Assembly (NCBI GenBank): GCA_030765585.1
Contig: JAVCCJ010000121.1
Span: forward strand, 7,233 to 71,232
Source: Candidatus Zapsychrus exili
Lineage (GTDB): Bacteria; Omnitrophota; Gorgyraeia; Zapsychrales; Zapsychraceae
Direction: 5' to 3'
DNA length: 64,000 nt
Positions 29,056-42,200 of this stretch are shown piece by piece (position 1 is the first letter of the stretch; every line of letters starts with the position of its first letter). The notes below the pieces were generated by a model, which saw only the letters and a program-made list of their open reading frames with translations, ran no database searches and was not told where the DNA came from. Made by a program: the position numbers and the translations under genes.

Positions 29056-29314
29056 CGCAAATTTCTGCCTACCGGTAGTGTACTACTTCACAATTTTGGT
29101 AACACTTTAAAATTATTTAATAATTTTTTTTCCTTCTCCCCTTTGGGGAGAAGGCCTGTCTTTCTTTAGGAAGACAGAGATGAGGGGTAAGAATAAAAGC
29201 CCCTCACCTTAACCCTCTCCCCAAAGGGGAGAGGGAAAATTTCTTTTTGAAATCAATTATTTCTTCTACTAATTTGTTACCAAAATAGTGAAGAATTACA
29301 CGGTAGGTAGGCAC
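29056..29314. mobile_element. MITE-like foldback element (~260 bp) with ~40-bp imperfect terminal inverted repeats and two internal perfect hairpins
   Basis: Left end ctgcctaccggtagtgtactacttcacaattttggtaaca. Right end tgttaccaaaatagtgaagaattacacggtaggtaggcac (reverse-complement match ~80%). Internal hairpins ccttctcccctttggggagaagg and ccctctccccaaaggggagaggg. Central palindrome ctgtctttctttaggaagacag. Confidence 0.45.
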
Positions 29315-29476
29315 ACAGGCTAAGTTAATGTTCGCCTTGTCAATAAGTTGGCTTCATAAGTTAGGTGCTCGTTTAATGTCCAATCTGAGGGTTTAAAGCA
29401 AGTTTGAGTAATTTGTTGGAATGCTAGCTAAAGGGTTTGTTTTAAATGAGTTAAGATAAGAATTTTAAGCAAGATA

Positions 29477-29680
29477 AATGTCCAATCTGACTCTGTTTTG
29501 TGGCAAGAAAACAGAGTCATTTTGAGCGAAGCGAAGGATCTCTAAGGTGATTGTCATCTACGCAGGTATTTTTGTCTATTGGGCAGGTAGTGTGGCAAAG
29601 GGACAGGCGAGTAGAGGGATAAATCTCCGACTGTCCCTCTATGTTGCGGGACAGACGAGGGTCTGACCCTCCTGTTTTAG
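29477..29680. repeat. One member of a dispersed repeat family beginning AATGTCCAATCTGA; other starts at 13706, 28841, 29376
   Basis: Identical 14-mer at four places. The 28841 and 29477 copies share ~60 further bp (..ttgt..caagaa...gagcRaagcKaaggat..). All lie in intergenic space. Confidence 0.5.
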
Positions 29681-30254
29681 GCTGGAGCCTGACTCTTTTT
29701 GGGTTTTTGAGCAGAAAAATAGTAGTTTTTGAGGTAAAATGGACAGTTTTTGACAAGAAATAGGTTGTTTTTGATAAAAATGGATGTCATTGGATGAAAA
29801 TAAGTGATTTGGGCTAATATTTGGAGCTCAATAGCCTAAAAACTAGAAAAAATGGGAAATTTGTCAAGTGCTTGCCAAAAAAATATTTTTTTTAATGCTT
29901 TTGGACCCCCAAAAGGGGCTGAGTTGATGATCATTTTTTTGCTAGAATTGTGGCAATTTCTTTATTAGAACTATTATATTTCTCGTCGAGATTCTCATAA
30001 ATTGCTTAAAATTTTTTGCTTGACAAAATATTTATAATAAATATAATACTTAGTATTAATAATATAAAAAAAGCGCTTTCTTAAAACTTGCAAGAAAGGT
30101 CCTTTTATTGTCTCGACGAGGAAACGTATAAAAATTCAAGGAAATTAATAAAACATCAATTGTGTATTGTAACTCCTTTGTTTTCAACTAGTTAGAATAT
30201 AAAAAAAATATCTTCTGACCTTGTTGCAATACAATAATATGCTATACTTTCAAT

Positions 30255-33200
30255 ATGAAATCAGCCGCGGAACAAAATAGAGAGCCAGAAGATGATAGAA
30301 AAGCCGACAGCTCAATTGGCAATATGAGCGAGAATACGGCTTTTACTCATCAACATTCTTATGTTCCTACCAATAGGACTTTCTTAAACTCTGAAGATTG
30401 TTCTGCTGATGCTCAAAATATTTCAAATACCCAACCACAAGAAGAACCAATTCCACATAAATCACGCTTTAAATCTTGGATTAAGACAGTTGCATTAATA
30501 ATAATATTGGTTTTTGTTCCTGAGCAAATTAGTTGGGCATTTAGCTATAATCCTCTTGTACTTTGGAAAGATAAGGCTACTGTTGCTTCACAGTATCTTG
30601 GTGATGGAAATACTATTGCAGCAGAGAACCAAATGACAGAAGAGCAAATAGTCTCTTTACGTGTGTCAGAAAGTGTTAGCCATTTTTTAAAACAACTTCA
30701 AAACAAAAATGCTCAACAAATACAATTACAACTTCCAAATCCACACAAATCAAAGCTAGTTAAGGATAATCAATATAATATATTAATTAATACTGATTTG
30801 GCTTTTAATGAGTCAAATATTGCTGAAATTGCAACTTGGTTAAGAGAACCTGCAATTCACCCATTAAATTGTGGCGTTTATGCTCTTAATGATATCCTTG
30901 CTAATTATGATGTTAAATTAAGTCTAGAAGAAATCTCAGTTATGTCTCTTTTAGTTGATTTAATCAACGATATCGTTCGCCCTGGCGAACCAAAGCTTAA
31001 AACATCTCTTTACGCGATAAACAAGATTACAGAAGCATACGGAATTAACTTAAAAGCAGCAAAGCTTGCACCAGCTGATATTTTTGATTTAGAGCCACCT
31101 TTTATCGCTAATTTTGATGATGAGCATTTTGTGACTGTTACAAAAGTAGACGATACAAGCGTTTATTACAATGATATAGGTCGCGCGTCATCAAGTTCAA
31201 GATTAGATTTCTTAGACCAAGTAACAGGTTTTGTTTTAGCTCCTGAGCTAGAAGCTCAAGATGATGTAAAATTTGAGTATGTCCCTGATGCAATGCAGGC
31301 ATTTATTTGGGGTTCAAAATGGCATGGTAATCTTGATAATCTTCCAGGATTGTACAGCTGGGGAGATGTTGCTATTGGAGCTGCTTTTCAAGTTGTTGGT
31401 CTTTTTACCGGTGGTCTTGCTAGTAGCGTATTAAGTTTAGGTGCAGGTAGTTTTCTAGGTTCTCTTACAACAGCTATTGCTTTAAGTGAGTGTTATGATG
31501 CAGAAACTGGTGCGGCAGATCAGGGTTGTTTAGATACAATGTTTGTTTTAAATATTGTAGGAACTTCAGCAATATCAGCCGGCAGTGGCGCATTAAATGC
31601 TGATAGCTTTGATTTAGGCGCTTTCGCAGGAGACTTTGCTAAAGGCGCTGTTGTTGGGCTTGGACAAGGGTTGATTATGCTTTATGTAGGTAAATTGCTT
31701 AATGATTTACTTGAAGATTGGGATGCGCCTGATGCTCTAAAACAAGCAATTATTGGCGCGGTTTCATCTGTTGTAGCAACAACTGCAATGGGCTTAGTTG
31801 TAGATGGCCTAGACGCTGCTCTTAAAGAAATGGGTGTCGGAGAAGGCGCTAAAGTTGATTTGTCTTTAAAGAGCGTATATGCCGGAGACACACAGGTAAA
31901 GGTAGAGCCCGAATGGGCAGTTTGGAAAGCAACGGCTATGGGTAACGTTTTATCCGGCTTAAACAAGGTTGTAACATTTATAGGAAAATATACTGGAATT
32001 TCATGGGCGTTAAATCAACTTAATAAAGGCTGGAACAAGCTAGTAAAGGGCATGATAGGCTCAAATTCAGGAGCTGCAAAAACTTTAACTGCTACAGGAA
32101 AAGCTTTTAACGGCATAAAAAAGGGAGTTAATTATGCGCTAAACGGAAAGTTTAGTCCAGTAACTTATGTAATCAAAGCTCTTGCGGTTATTCCAAGAAC
32201 TGTTAGAAATCTTATGTCTGAAGGTAAAAAGGTTTGGGGAGTAAAGCATCTAGTTTTTGCATTAGAACAACATAATTTTTTAAGACAAATGACAGTGTTG
32301 GCAGTTAGATACATTTTATCAGAAGGTAAAATTCTTGGAATTGATGATGGCAATAAAGAAAATAATGGAGATGATGGAGAAGACCGCGGAATAGCATTTG
32401 ATTCATTCCTTTCTCAAGCAATAGGCATGGGCGTTGGTATGTTTTATGATCATGTTTCTATTGGATTAGATAATCGTGATAATTTAACTAAAAGAACGGA
32501 AAATGAAATTGCACAAAAGAAAGCAGAGGCAGAAGGGTTAGATAAAAACGATCCAGAATATGGTGATTTTATACAGAACAATATTGTCTCAATGACAGGT
32601 ATGTCTTTAGAGGATATTTTCGCTAAACGAGCAGAGTTTGGTTTAAGCGAAAACAGTGATTTTGCTCAATACCAAGGAAAAAGAACTTCTGCTTTTATAG
32701 CAATACTTGGAAAGTCGGTAGCCTCAGTATTATTAGCTAAACATTATGATAAAAAGGAATGTGCAAGAGTAGATTGTAATGAAACTGAAAGACTTGGAGA
32801 AGACCCGAATAGAGATCGCATAGGCTTGCTTAAGTTCAGGGCAACGCAGTTTCTTATAGGCGGACTTATTGAGGGCGGAATTGCTATTTTAACTGAAAGT
32901 AATAGAAGGCCAGATGGTGCTGAGCTTACTCAAACAGATAAAAAAGTAGAGCTTGATAAAAAGATAATTAATAAATTAGCTAATAAAGATGCAGATAAAC
33001 TCGAGAATGCTTTAAATACAAGCATGATGTTAGTAAATGAAAAAGGAGAATTGATAGATAATCTTAATGCTACAGAGAAAACATCTAATGAAATGCTTCT
33101 AGCAGCAAAGAAAAAATATGAACAAGCTTATAGTGAAGGCGGCGGAGCAAATGGAGAAGGCATTGAGAAAGTTTTAGCAGCAGCAGGATTGTCAAAGAAA

Positions 33201-36200
33201 GAGTCAAAAGAATATTTGAAACAACGCGCGAAAGAATTAGATAAAACTAATGATGTTTCTAAGCTTTTCTTATTATTTAATGGCAACTTTGTAGCTAAAA
33301 CTATTCAATCGATGTATTCCGCTAATGGCAACAGTCCATATGGAATAGTTGGATATGATGATGGTGTTGCTGTTTATGATCAAAGAGGATTTGTAAGAGC
33401 TGATGAGGATGCATCGCCTACAGAAAAATTAATTTCAAGCATAGCTGCTCGTTCTTCCTATATTAATGAAATGGTTGGTATGTATGGAGGAATGACTCTT
33501 ACAAAGAGATTAATGGTAAGAGAGCAAAATGAAAAAATGGAAGCAGATATGCGCAGAACTAATGAAGTCTCATCAGCTGCTCCTATATCTGAAGAAGAGC
33601 TTGCGCGTCAAATAGGCGCTGCTCAGATGAGAGCAAATGTTAAAACATTAGATGTAATACATAATAGTAACAATTATTTCTTAGATGCGATCAATCAGTC
33701 CTTAGCAACAGCATTATTCTCACCTCAAGATAGCCCTATTTTACACGCACTTGATTCTTTAGCATTTGATTTTGTTGATGCATCAATAGAGCAACAAGCA
33801 CAGGCTGCCTGGGAAGATGAGAGTAAAAAACCAGATACAAATAAATTAGCATTTCTTCAAAACAAACGTCAAGAGCTTCGCGATGAGGTAGCAATGAATT
33901 CTGATGACAAGTTTGGTTATTCGCCATCTGATTCTGTAGATGTATCAATAGAACAACAAGCACAGGATGCTTGGGCAAAAGAGGGCAAAAAGCCAGATAC
34001 AAATAAACTAGAATTCCTTCAAAACAAACGCAAAGAGCTTCACGAAGAGGCAGCAATGAATTCTCCATGGTTAGGCTTGGGTATGGATTATAGATATCTT
34101 GCTAGCGAACAAATAGGCGAGGGAATAGATAGCAATAAAATTACTTATAAAATGAGTGAGAATTTAGTATTTAATTCAGGCAAGGGTATTTTGCTAGGAA
34201 CATCTCTTGAAAAGAAGGGTGATCTTTTAGAATATGGTTTAGAAAAGTTAAATGTTTATTATCAGGATGAAGTTGGTAAAGGAGATTATATTGGTGAAGG
34301 CTCTGATCGTGATTTTAGCGGAACAATAGTTAGAGATATTTCTGGCTTAAGCGAAATAGACAGAAGAGAATTAGGTTTTGATCCAGAAAAGATGAAAATT
34401 GCGACTGAAAATGATGGAGATAAAGAAATAGTTGCAGTAGGACTTGCACAAAAACTTAGACAAACAGATAGAAAAGAAGACGTATCTGCTCTTAATGAAG
34501 AGAAAAAGGGCAAAATCATTACTAAAATAGATGGTACAACACGTCTTGTTTTTGGTTATGAAGCAGAGCATTTAGCAGAACAAGGCAAGAAATATGATAT
34601 GACAGTTGATGTTGGTAAGTTTACTGTTAATGAAGAAACAGGCGACAGAATTCATTTATCAGCTCAGAGACAAGCTGCTCCTGATGCACAACTTTCAGAT
34701 AGTTGGGTAGTTACGCGACAAGATTTTAATGCAGCAACACCAAAAGATATAACAGCTACTACAATGTTTTTTGCTTCTCAGGGGGAAGTTATAGATGAGC
34801 AAGGCAATGTATTAGAACAGTATGTTGCTAGCATTAGTTCTGAAGATTGTGTTACAGGTTGCACAGATCCTAAAAAAACCTGGTATGTTAATCGTTCTCT
34901 TTTTGCAAAAGAAGGTGATAAAAAAATAAGTGATATGGATGATCTTGGTTTTGATACAAATCTTAAGACTTTTGCGAATAAAGATGTAAAAACAGAAATA
35001 GCAGCTCTTAAAAAAGATTATAAAAGAATTGATGATTCTACAGAAAAAGATGAGAACCGTTTAGCTGTAGTTAATACAATTATTGATCATGCAATTGAGG
35101 ATAAAGAGTCAAATCAAATCGCAAAAGAGCTTTATGGTTTCGCAAAGATGGTTGAAGAACATAAAGTAGCATCATCTCTTGAAATTGGAGCTTATACCAA
35201 TAATAAGGAAGGCTCTAACCAAGAAGGAGAAGAATTATATCTTGGAATAGCAAGATACAACACAGATGATAAGGGTAATGTAAAAGATACTTCAACAGTT
35301 CTTATTAGTGAACCTCAAATATATGATAAAAATGGCGCTGTTGCAACGACTAATTTTATTTATCAAACAGAACAAACAAGCGCTTTTAATGTGGGTGATT
35401 CTGCAGTTTATGGAAAAGTTGTTGATGGTAAAGAAACACTTGTTAGTGCAGAAGAAATAGATACATATAAAGATAAAAAAGGAATAAAGGGAGATGTTAA
35501 ATCAATTGCTGTTGTTCGTCAGGTAGCAAAAGGCGATATAGATCTTTCTAGCGCAGTTGAAATGGCAAAAGGCTTTGATAAAGATGGAGTTGATAAGTTT
35601 GGAGATACGCCAGAGAATTTTAATGGCAAAGATTATATGAGTTTTGTTGCTGCTTCAACAGAAGATGGCCAGACAGCTGTTTTAGAAGCAAGCAAATCTA
35701 AACTAGTTCAAGGATATTCTGAGATTAAAAGTTCAGTTAAAGTTCATTATGATCATGATTCTTATAAATTAGAAGCAAAAGCCAAAAAAGATTTAGATAG
35801 TGCAGCAGCAACATTAAATGATAACGATCAAAAAAATATCATTATAAATGGAAGAACAGATTCGTCAGGTACAAATCAATACAATGTGAAGTTAAGTTTA
35901 AATCGTGCGCTTGCAGCAAAAGATTATTTAATGGAGCAAGGTATATCAGAAGATAGAATAATAATTCGCGCTCTTGGAGAAGGAGAAGCTGATCAAAGTA
36001 TTGCTGAAAGCATCCGTTCTGATAAAGAGATTGGTCGTAAAGATAGAAATAGTTCTTTTGAGATAGTAGAGAAATCGCCTCTGGGAGATTCTAAGATTAC
36101 TTTTAGGGTAGATAAAGAAGGCTTTGTTAAGAGAGCTAGCACAAATTTCTATACCGCAGGGTTGGATAACGAGGGTAGCAGTATTGTTTATGATTTAGCT

Positions 36201-39200
36201 CCTAAAGCAAGTCTATTAGCTGATGCTCTTATACTTTTAGCAGCAGATGTTGCAGATGCTTTAGGACCTGAAGAAAATAAAATTCAAGAAATTGTGACTT
36301 CAAACGCTACAAGCGCTAAGGCAGCACAATTAGATGGAGCATTAGTTGCTATCGTCCCTGATATAAGAGCATACGAGCTTGGTAAAAACGATCTTCTTCA
36401 CATAGTAGATGGAGAGATAATTGCGCCTAACGAAATTCGTTTTGATGATTATGCTCCAGATCCTACATCTACTCCTAAAAGAGATTCAAAAGGTAATGTT
36501 GTTGCTGGTTCGTTTATAAAAGATACTGTTGCAACTAAACAAGGCGATGGAACATATGCATATTCAAGCGCAGATGGAAAAGTTGGTAAAGCAGCTTCGT
36601 TAACCGTAGATCAGTTAGTTGTAACTAAGTTTGGAGTAGTTGGTGTTGATGAAGCAGCAATTGTATCAGATAAGCCATTAATATTAGGGAACAATAGCCA
36701 ATGGTTAGCATCTTCTTCTGATGCAACACTTGAAGTTGCTTTTGGTAGCAAAACAACACAAGCGCTTGATAGCAAAGGTAATATTGTCGGGCCAGTAGAA
36801 GAAGTTAATTATAACGGCGGATATCGCATTGATGAGAGTAAGGCTATTGTTTTAAGAAGCAAGGTTGGAGAAGGCGCATTATTAGGTTCTATTTATATAA
36901 ATAATGAAGGGGCTCCAAAGGTTCTTGATAAAGAAGCTTTTGAAGAGGAGTCTTTAGAAGACAATAAAAAATATGTTAGCGCAACTACACAATCAGAAAC
37001 TGTTGGATCGTTAAGTGTTGCAGGAATTTCAACAGAATCTAAATGGACCGCAACTCCTGTTGTCGACGGGAAAATTAATAAATATGCAGCTGATGAAGAT
37101 GGTGTTTTAGAGTCTGCTTTAGTTGGAAACAGAATAGTTTCTCTTCATGGAAATGCTAAAGAAAACAATATGACATTTAAGGATATGAAAGATAAGGCAA
37201 ACGTAGGCTTTATTTCTAAGAGTGGACGCATGATTCTTACTCCTAATAATAATAATATTTCTGGTGGATGGTCTAAAGATGCAAATGATCAATTAAGTTT
37301 TAATGTAGGGATAAAAGATACTAAGAAAATGAATGGTAGTGAAGAGGGCAAAGGCACAGCATTAGGACTACAGCAAGAGAATGTTCTTGTTTACAACAAA
37401 GGAATTGGCAATATTCTCTATCAAGGTTCAGAGCAGACCAGCGTTGATCCTGTAACAGGTCTTGTAGGAGCAAATCGTTTTGTAACAATGAACTTAACAG
37501 GTGATATGGGCGTAAATCAAGGAACTGTTTTAGCTTCTAAGGTTGATTTAGCACAGGGAAATATTGAAGGACAGGTAAGAAACCATAAAGATTTAGATGC
37601 TCCGAGCATATTTAGCGCTAAATTAAATACTTTTGATATCAAGGATAGTGAGATTATTTTAAAGGTTTCACAAGAACTCGGTGATGTTTCGCAATTACCG
37701 GTTGCTGCTGATTTTGCTTACTCTAAAGAAGGAAAGGGTGAAGCACCAGTACAAACCCCTGCAAATTTAGCCGCTTTAAAAGGTGTTGAAAATAATCCAA
37801 ATGTTTTAATGCTTGAGGTAAGTAAAGAAGCCGGCCAAGATCTTACAAAAGTCTTAGGAACACCAACAAGTAGCGTTCTTAATTTCGCATTTTCTACAGA
37901 TGGACTTAAATTTAATCCAAAGGCAGAAGGTTCTGTTTATTCTAATTTTGATCGTGTTTCTGTATTGTCAGGAGTTGAAGCCCCTACTGTGATACTTAAA
38001 AGAGAAGCAACGCCGACAGAATCAAATTCAACCCCAGCTATTCAATTTATAGCAGATGCTAATAATAATGTTAAGATGCAGTGGAAAGGTATTTGGAATA
38101 TACAAAGAGATAGCGCATATACAAATCATTCAACTAAGTGGATGAGCGCCGATGGAAAATCAGAAGCTCCACTAGTGCTTAATACTACAATAATAGGAGA
38201 AGAAATAACTGCAAGTGCTGGATGGAATGATACTGCAGTATGGAATTGGGCTGCAGGCGCACCTAAAATGCGGGGAACAATAACAGATAAAGATGGTAAT
38301 TCTGTAAGTAGCTTAGGAATACAAAGAGTAGATGGCGCAGGTGCAGGTTGGACGATACAAGCTCGTGGTAGCAAAGATGGAAGTACTCTTGTTGCACCAA
38401 ATCACGTTAATGTTGAAGAAAATGGTTATGTTGATCCAGATGCTAAAAAAGATGTAGATAAAACAGTATCTAATAAATTTTTCAAATTACCTCAAGCTCA
38501 AAGCTATGATGTTTATAAGGATGGAAGCAGAGAAGATGGTTTAGTCGAAGTTAGATTGAACCAAGGCTTCCCAGAAGGCGTTGAAACACCAGCAGATTTT
38601 GAGATTAAAAGCGGTCAAAGCATTAATTTACTTGTTCAAGACCATGATGGATTATCTTCTGTATCAACAACTGAGAATATGGTTGGTACTGATGTAAGGA
38701 AGATGATTTATCATGCAAAAGCTCCAGAACAAGAAAAGGCTGCTGTTGAGAAAGAAGTATCTGAGCAAGAGACAGATTTGAATAAGTTTTCTATGCCAAT
38801 AGAAAATTTTGTTGCTAAACAAGACAATACTCGTTTAGCCAAGGTTAATATTCCAGTAATAATTGATAATTTTATCACACCAGAGCCTAATGTAGATAAA
38901 ATCACAGTTCAAGAATGGAGAGTAGAACGTGCTCCAGAGACTATGGTAGTAGAAAATCCTTACAGCGTATTAACTTTGGATGGTAGTCGAGCAATAGAGC
39001 GCGATGTATGGGGCAGTAAAGTAGGTACCATACCTATTAAAGAAACAGTTTCTTTTGAGCCAGGAGATTATCAATCATTTGGCGATGTCAATAAAACTGT
39101 ACTTATTACAAAGACTGCAGCGACTTCGTACAATATTGATTATTCTAATTCAGATAAAATTACTGCAACAAAATCAAGTGAAGGTCTTAATTTCGTTGAT

Positions 39201-42200
39201 TATAGCGGAGAAATGTCTTTTATAAAAGGAAGAACCTCTAAAGAAATAGAACAGATAAAAGAAAATGATATAACAGAGTGGTTTCCTAATGCAACAGAAG
39301 GCAAAGAAAAAGTTAGCGTACAAATGGACTCAGATGCGATTACGTCAGAGGCGATGCAAATTAAGCGTTATGATCCAAAAACAGGCGCTCATGTTACTGA
39401 CAGATATCTTGCAGGCATGACAGCAATAAAGGGAAATGACGGAATAATTAGATCACAATTTACTACAGAAGCTAGTTTGTATAATGCTGATACTAAAGAA
39501 ATTGGTAATGCAGGTAATTTATTATATGATGCTGCAGCATCTTTCTTGCTAGATTCTGTTGAAACAGATAAAGGTAAAAAGGCAGTATTTAAATTTGTTC
39601 CAGAAGGGCAAGATCCAACTGTTTTTACTGCCACATCTAAGGGAGGCATAGAAACAGTTAATACGATCTATACAGACCCTGCCACGATTAAAGAGGCTAA
39701 TGAGGCAAATTCATCAGGTGCTTTATTGCCAGAAGCTATAGCGCAAACTTTAGATCCTAACAATACTGGTTCAATTCAAAGAGTTTATCAATATCAGGGC
39801 AAGAAGCTTGTTAATGAATATTTTGCTGTTACGAGAGCTAAAGAAGACAGTAGTAAGGTAGAAAAATTTTATGTAGACGGTAAATATGCTAATCCAAATA
39901 ATGCAAATGAATTAAAATCTCTTATTGCAAGCGAATTAAATCTTGATTTAAAAGAAACCAAGACTTCAACATTACAAGATTTTTCGTATTCTAAAACAAT
40001 AGAAGATGATGCCGAGGTAGTGTATGTTTCTCCTCAAGGAAAAGTTTACTTAAGGATGGTAACAGGCAGAACTATTATAGAAACACCAAATAGTTATTCT
40101 AGTTCATCAACTTCTACTAGCGAGCAACATGATGTTTTTGCCTATGATCTTGTAACAGGCGATGTTGAAGAAGTAGATGTAGAGAAGACTTTTGTAGATG
40201 TTGTTACTGATAAAGATGGTGCTAAGAGATATGCACTTAAATATCTTGTTCCTGAGAGTAGAACACGATATTCGATAGGATTGCCTATTTCGTATAAGCC
40301 TGCTGGCGTACAAGGCATAGAATTTAAAGATGAAGATGGAAAAGAAATTTGGGCTGATATCAATTATATAAAATCAGGCCAATTAAATGGCGTAGGAGAA
40401 GAAAAACAGTTTGTCGCTGTAAGTATTCAAGATGCAGGATGGTCTAAAAACAAAAGAAACAGAATAATTGATTTAAGCACCGGTCGTGAAATTACAAGAG
40501 AAGGTTTTATTGAAACACCAGAAGGCGGAAAATGGGACTTAAATAGATATAAAGGCAAAATAGTTGAAATGGTTAAGGCTAAAGGTTTCTGGGGAGACGT
40601 AGGAGATGTTGCTTGGAATGGTCTTAGAGGAGAAGGAAAAGAAACTTATGTGAAGAATATGTTGATGGATTGGGGCATGTCTTATGCTTCAGCCGGGGCA
40701 TTAGATGTTTCTAACCCAAGTGTTGCAGGAGTTGTAACAACCGCTCTTATGTTTACTGGCGTAGGTTCAGGACTTGGGCTTATAGGTAAGGGTGCTAAAG
40801 CAGGTTCTACAGCTGCTAGGGTTTATTCGATATCGCGAGCAGCTTTAAAGACAGGCCTTATATTCGGAGGAATAGATACCGCAGCATATGTTGGAATAGG
40901 AGCGCTTACTGGACAAGATTTAAACTTTTCAGATGGACTTGCAGCTTTTGCAGGTGGGGTTAAGATGGGCGCTACTATGACTCTTGGTATAACTGGATTA
41001 GGAGCTGTCAGCGGAAGAATCGCTAATTCTATTAATGCTGTTAATGGTGTTGCTGGCACTGGTAAAGGATTTAAATTTGTTAGTAAGACATATAAAGGTT
41101 TTGGAAAAATGGCAGAATGGAAGCAAGCAGCAATTTTAAATGGTTCATCTGGTGCAGCAGTTAATGTTACGCGCGGTATGGTTGCAAATTATTATGAAAA
41201 TGGTGGAGAATTAGATTATAGCTTGAGATCTTTTGCAATAGATGCAACAGCTGGAGCTATTATTAGCGTAGCATTAGGCGGCGTTGGATCAAAAGTGATG
41301 AAAGGATCGTTTAACACTAAACAATTGCTTGGTAACAATATGATTCATTATGGTTTAGTTGGTTTAGGTGGCGAAACTGTTTCAACAGGAATATTTAGCG
41401 ACAAGGAAATGACATGGACAAGAGCAGCAGGAAGTTTTGCTATGGGCGCTATTGGTGGATTAGTCTTTAGATCGACATGGATTCCAGAGATGATGGGTGT
41501 TAAACCTGCTGAAATTATAGGTGAAACAGCTAAAGTAACAGAAGGAGTAACAGAAGGAGCTACAAGTTTATTTAGAAATATTAAGAATCCATTGAAGCTT
41601 ACAAAAGCTGCTCAAGGTGTAGAATCTGGCGCAACCGTTCTTAATTTCTCTAAATTACGAACAATAGGAACTTTAACTGGTTTAGGTGTAGGCGCAGGCG
41701 CAGGTATGGCAGCTATGGATGCTAGAGTTCATGCTAAACAAGATGCAAGAAAAGCGGGATTCAAAGAAGGAACTAAAGCATTTGATTCTTTTGTTTCAAA
41801 GGAAACTAGTAATAATTTTAGGAGTTGGAAAACAGCAAAATACATGGGTGCAGGCGCACTAGCTGCAAACGTAATGTTCTTTGGAAGAAGAGCGATACAG
41901 ATGAAAGGCAGAGCAAAACTTTTAGGCACACATAGCAATAAGCGCATTACGCTTCCTCTTATTGCTGATGAACCTCATTTAATTGCAAGCCTATCTTTAT
42001 TAGGAGCTGCGGATTTTGCAATGATCATGCCAGCTTGGGGTGCACTAGATTCAGTTATATATACAGGATTAACCGGTGGAAATCTAGAAGAAGGTTTTTA
42101 TCATTCGTTCCAGCAAAAAGATGTTGATGGAAACGATTTGGGTGTTTTTAGCAATTTAGCTGTTCATTCTATTGGTGGTGCAAAATTAGGTGCTCGCTTA

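Noticed and set aside
26868-29314. Possibility that the recurring CGGTAGGTAG / CTACCGGTAG motifs mark c-di-GMP-I (GEMM) riboswitches, since the Vc2 aptamer contains CCGGUAGGUAGC
   Set aside because: The flanking sequence lacks the other conserved GEMM elements (GCAAAC...GGGACGCAAAGCC) and the P1/P2 architecture. The motif also occurs inside a MITE-like palindrome.
13708-29524. Micro-ORFs starting MSNL... at each AATGTCCAATCTGA copy (MSNLIMLCNKKVGPS, MSNLTLFCGKKTESF, MSNLRV, and a 34-aa one at 13708)
   Set aside because: The peptides are 6-34 aa with no conservation beyond the first 4 residues. The shared 14-mer is more simply explained as a nucleotide-level repeat.
28242-29756. Minus-strand ORFs of 67-79 aa in the repeat island (28242..28445, 28336..28572, 28813..29043, 29517..29756)
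   Set aside because: They lie across palindromes and direct repeats and have odd compositions. They are most likely non-coding.
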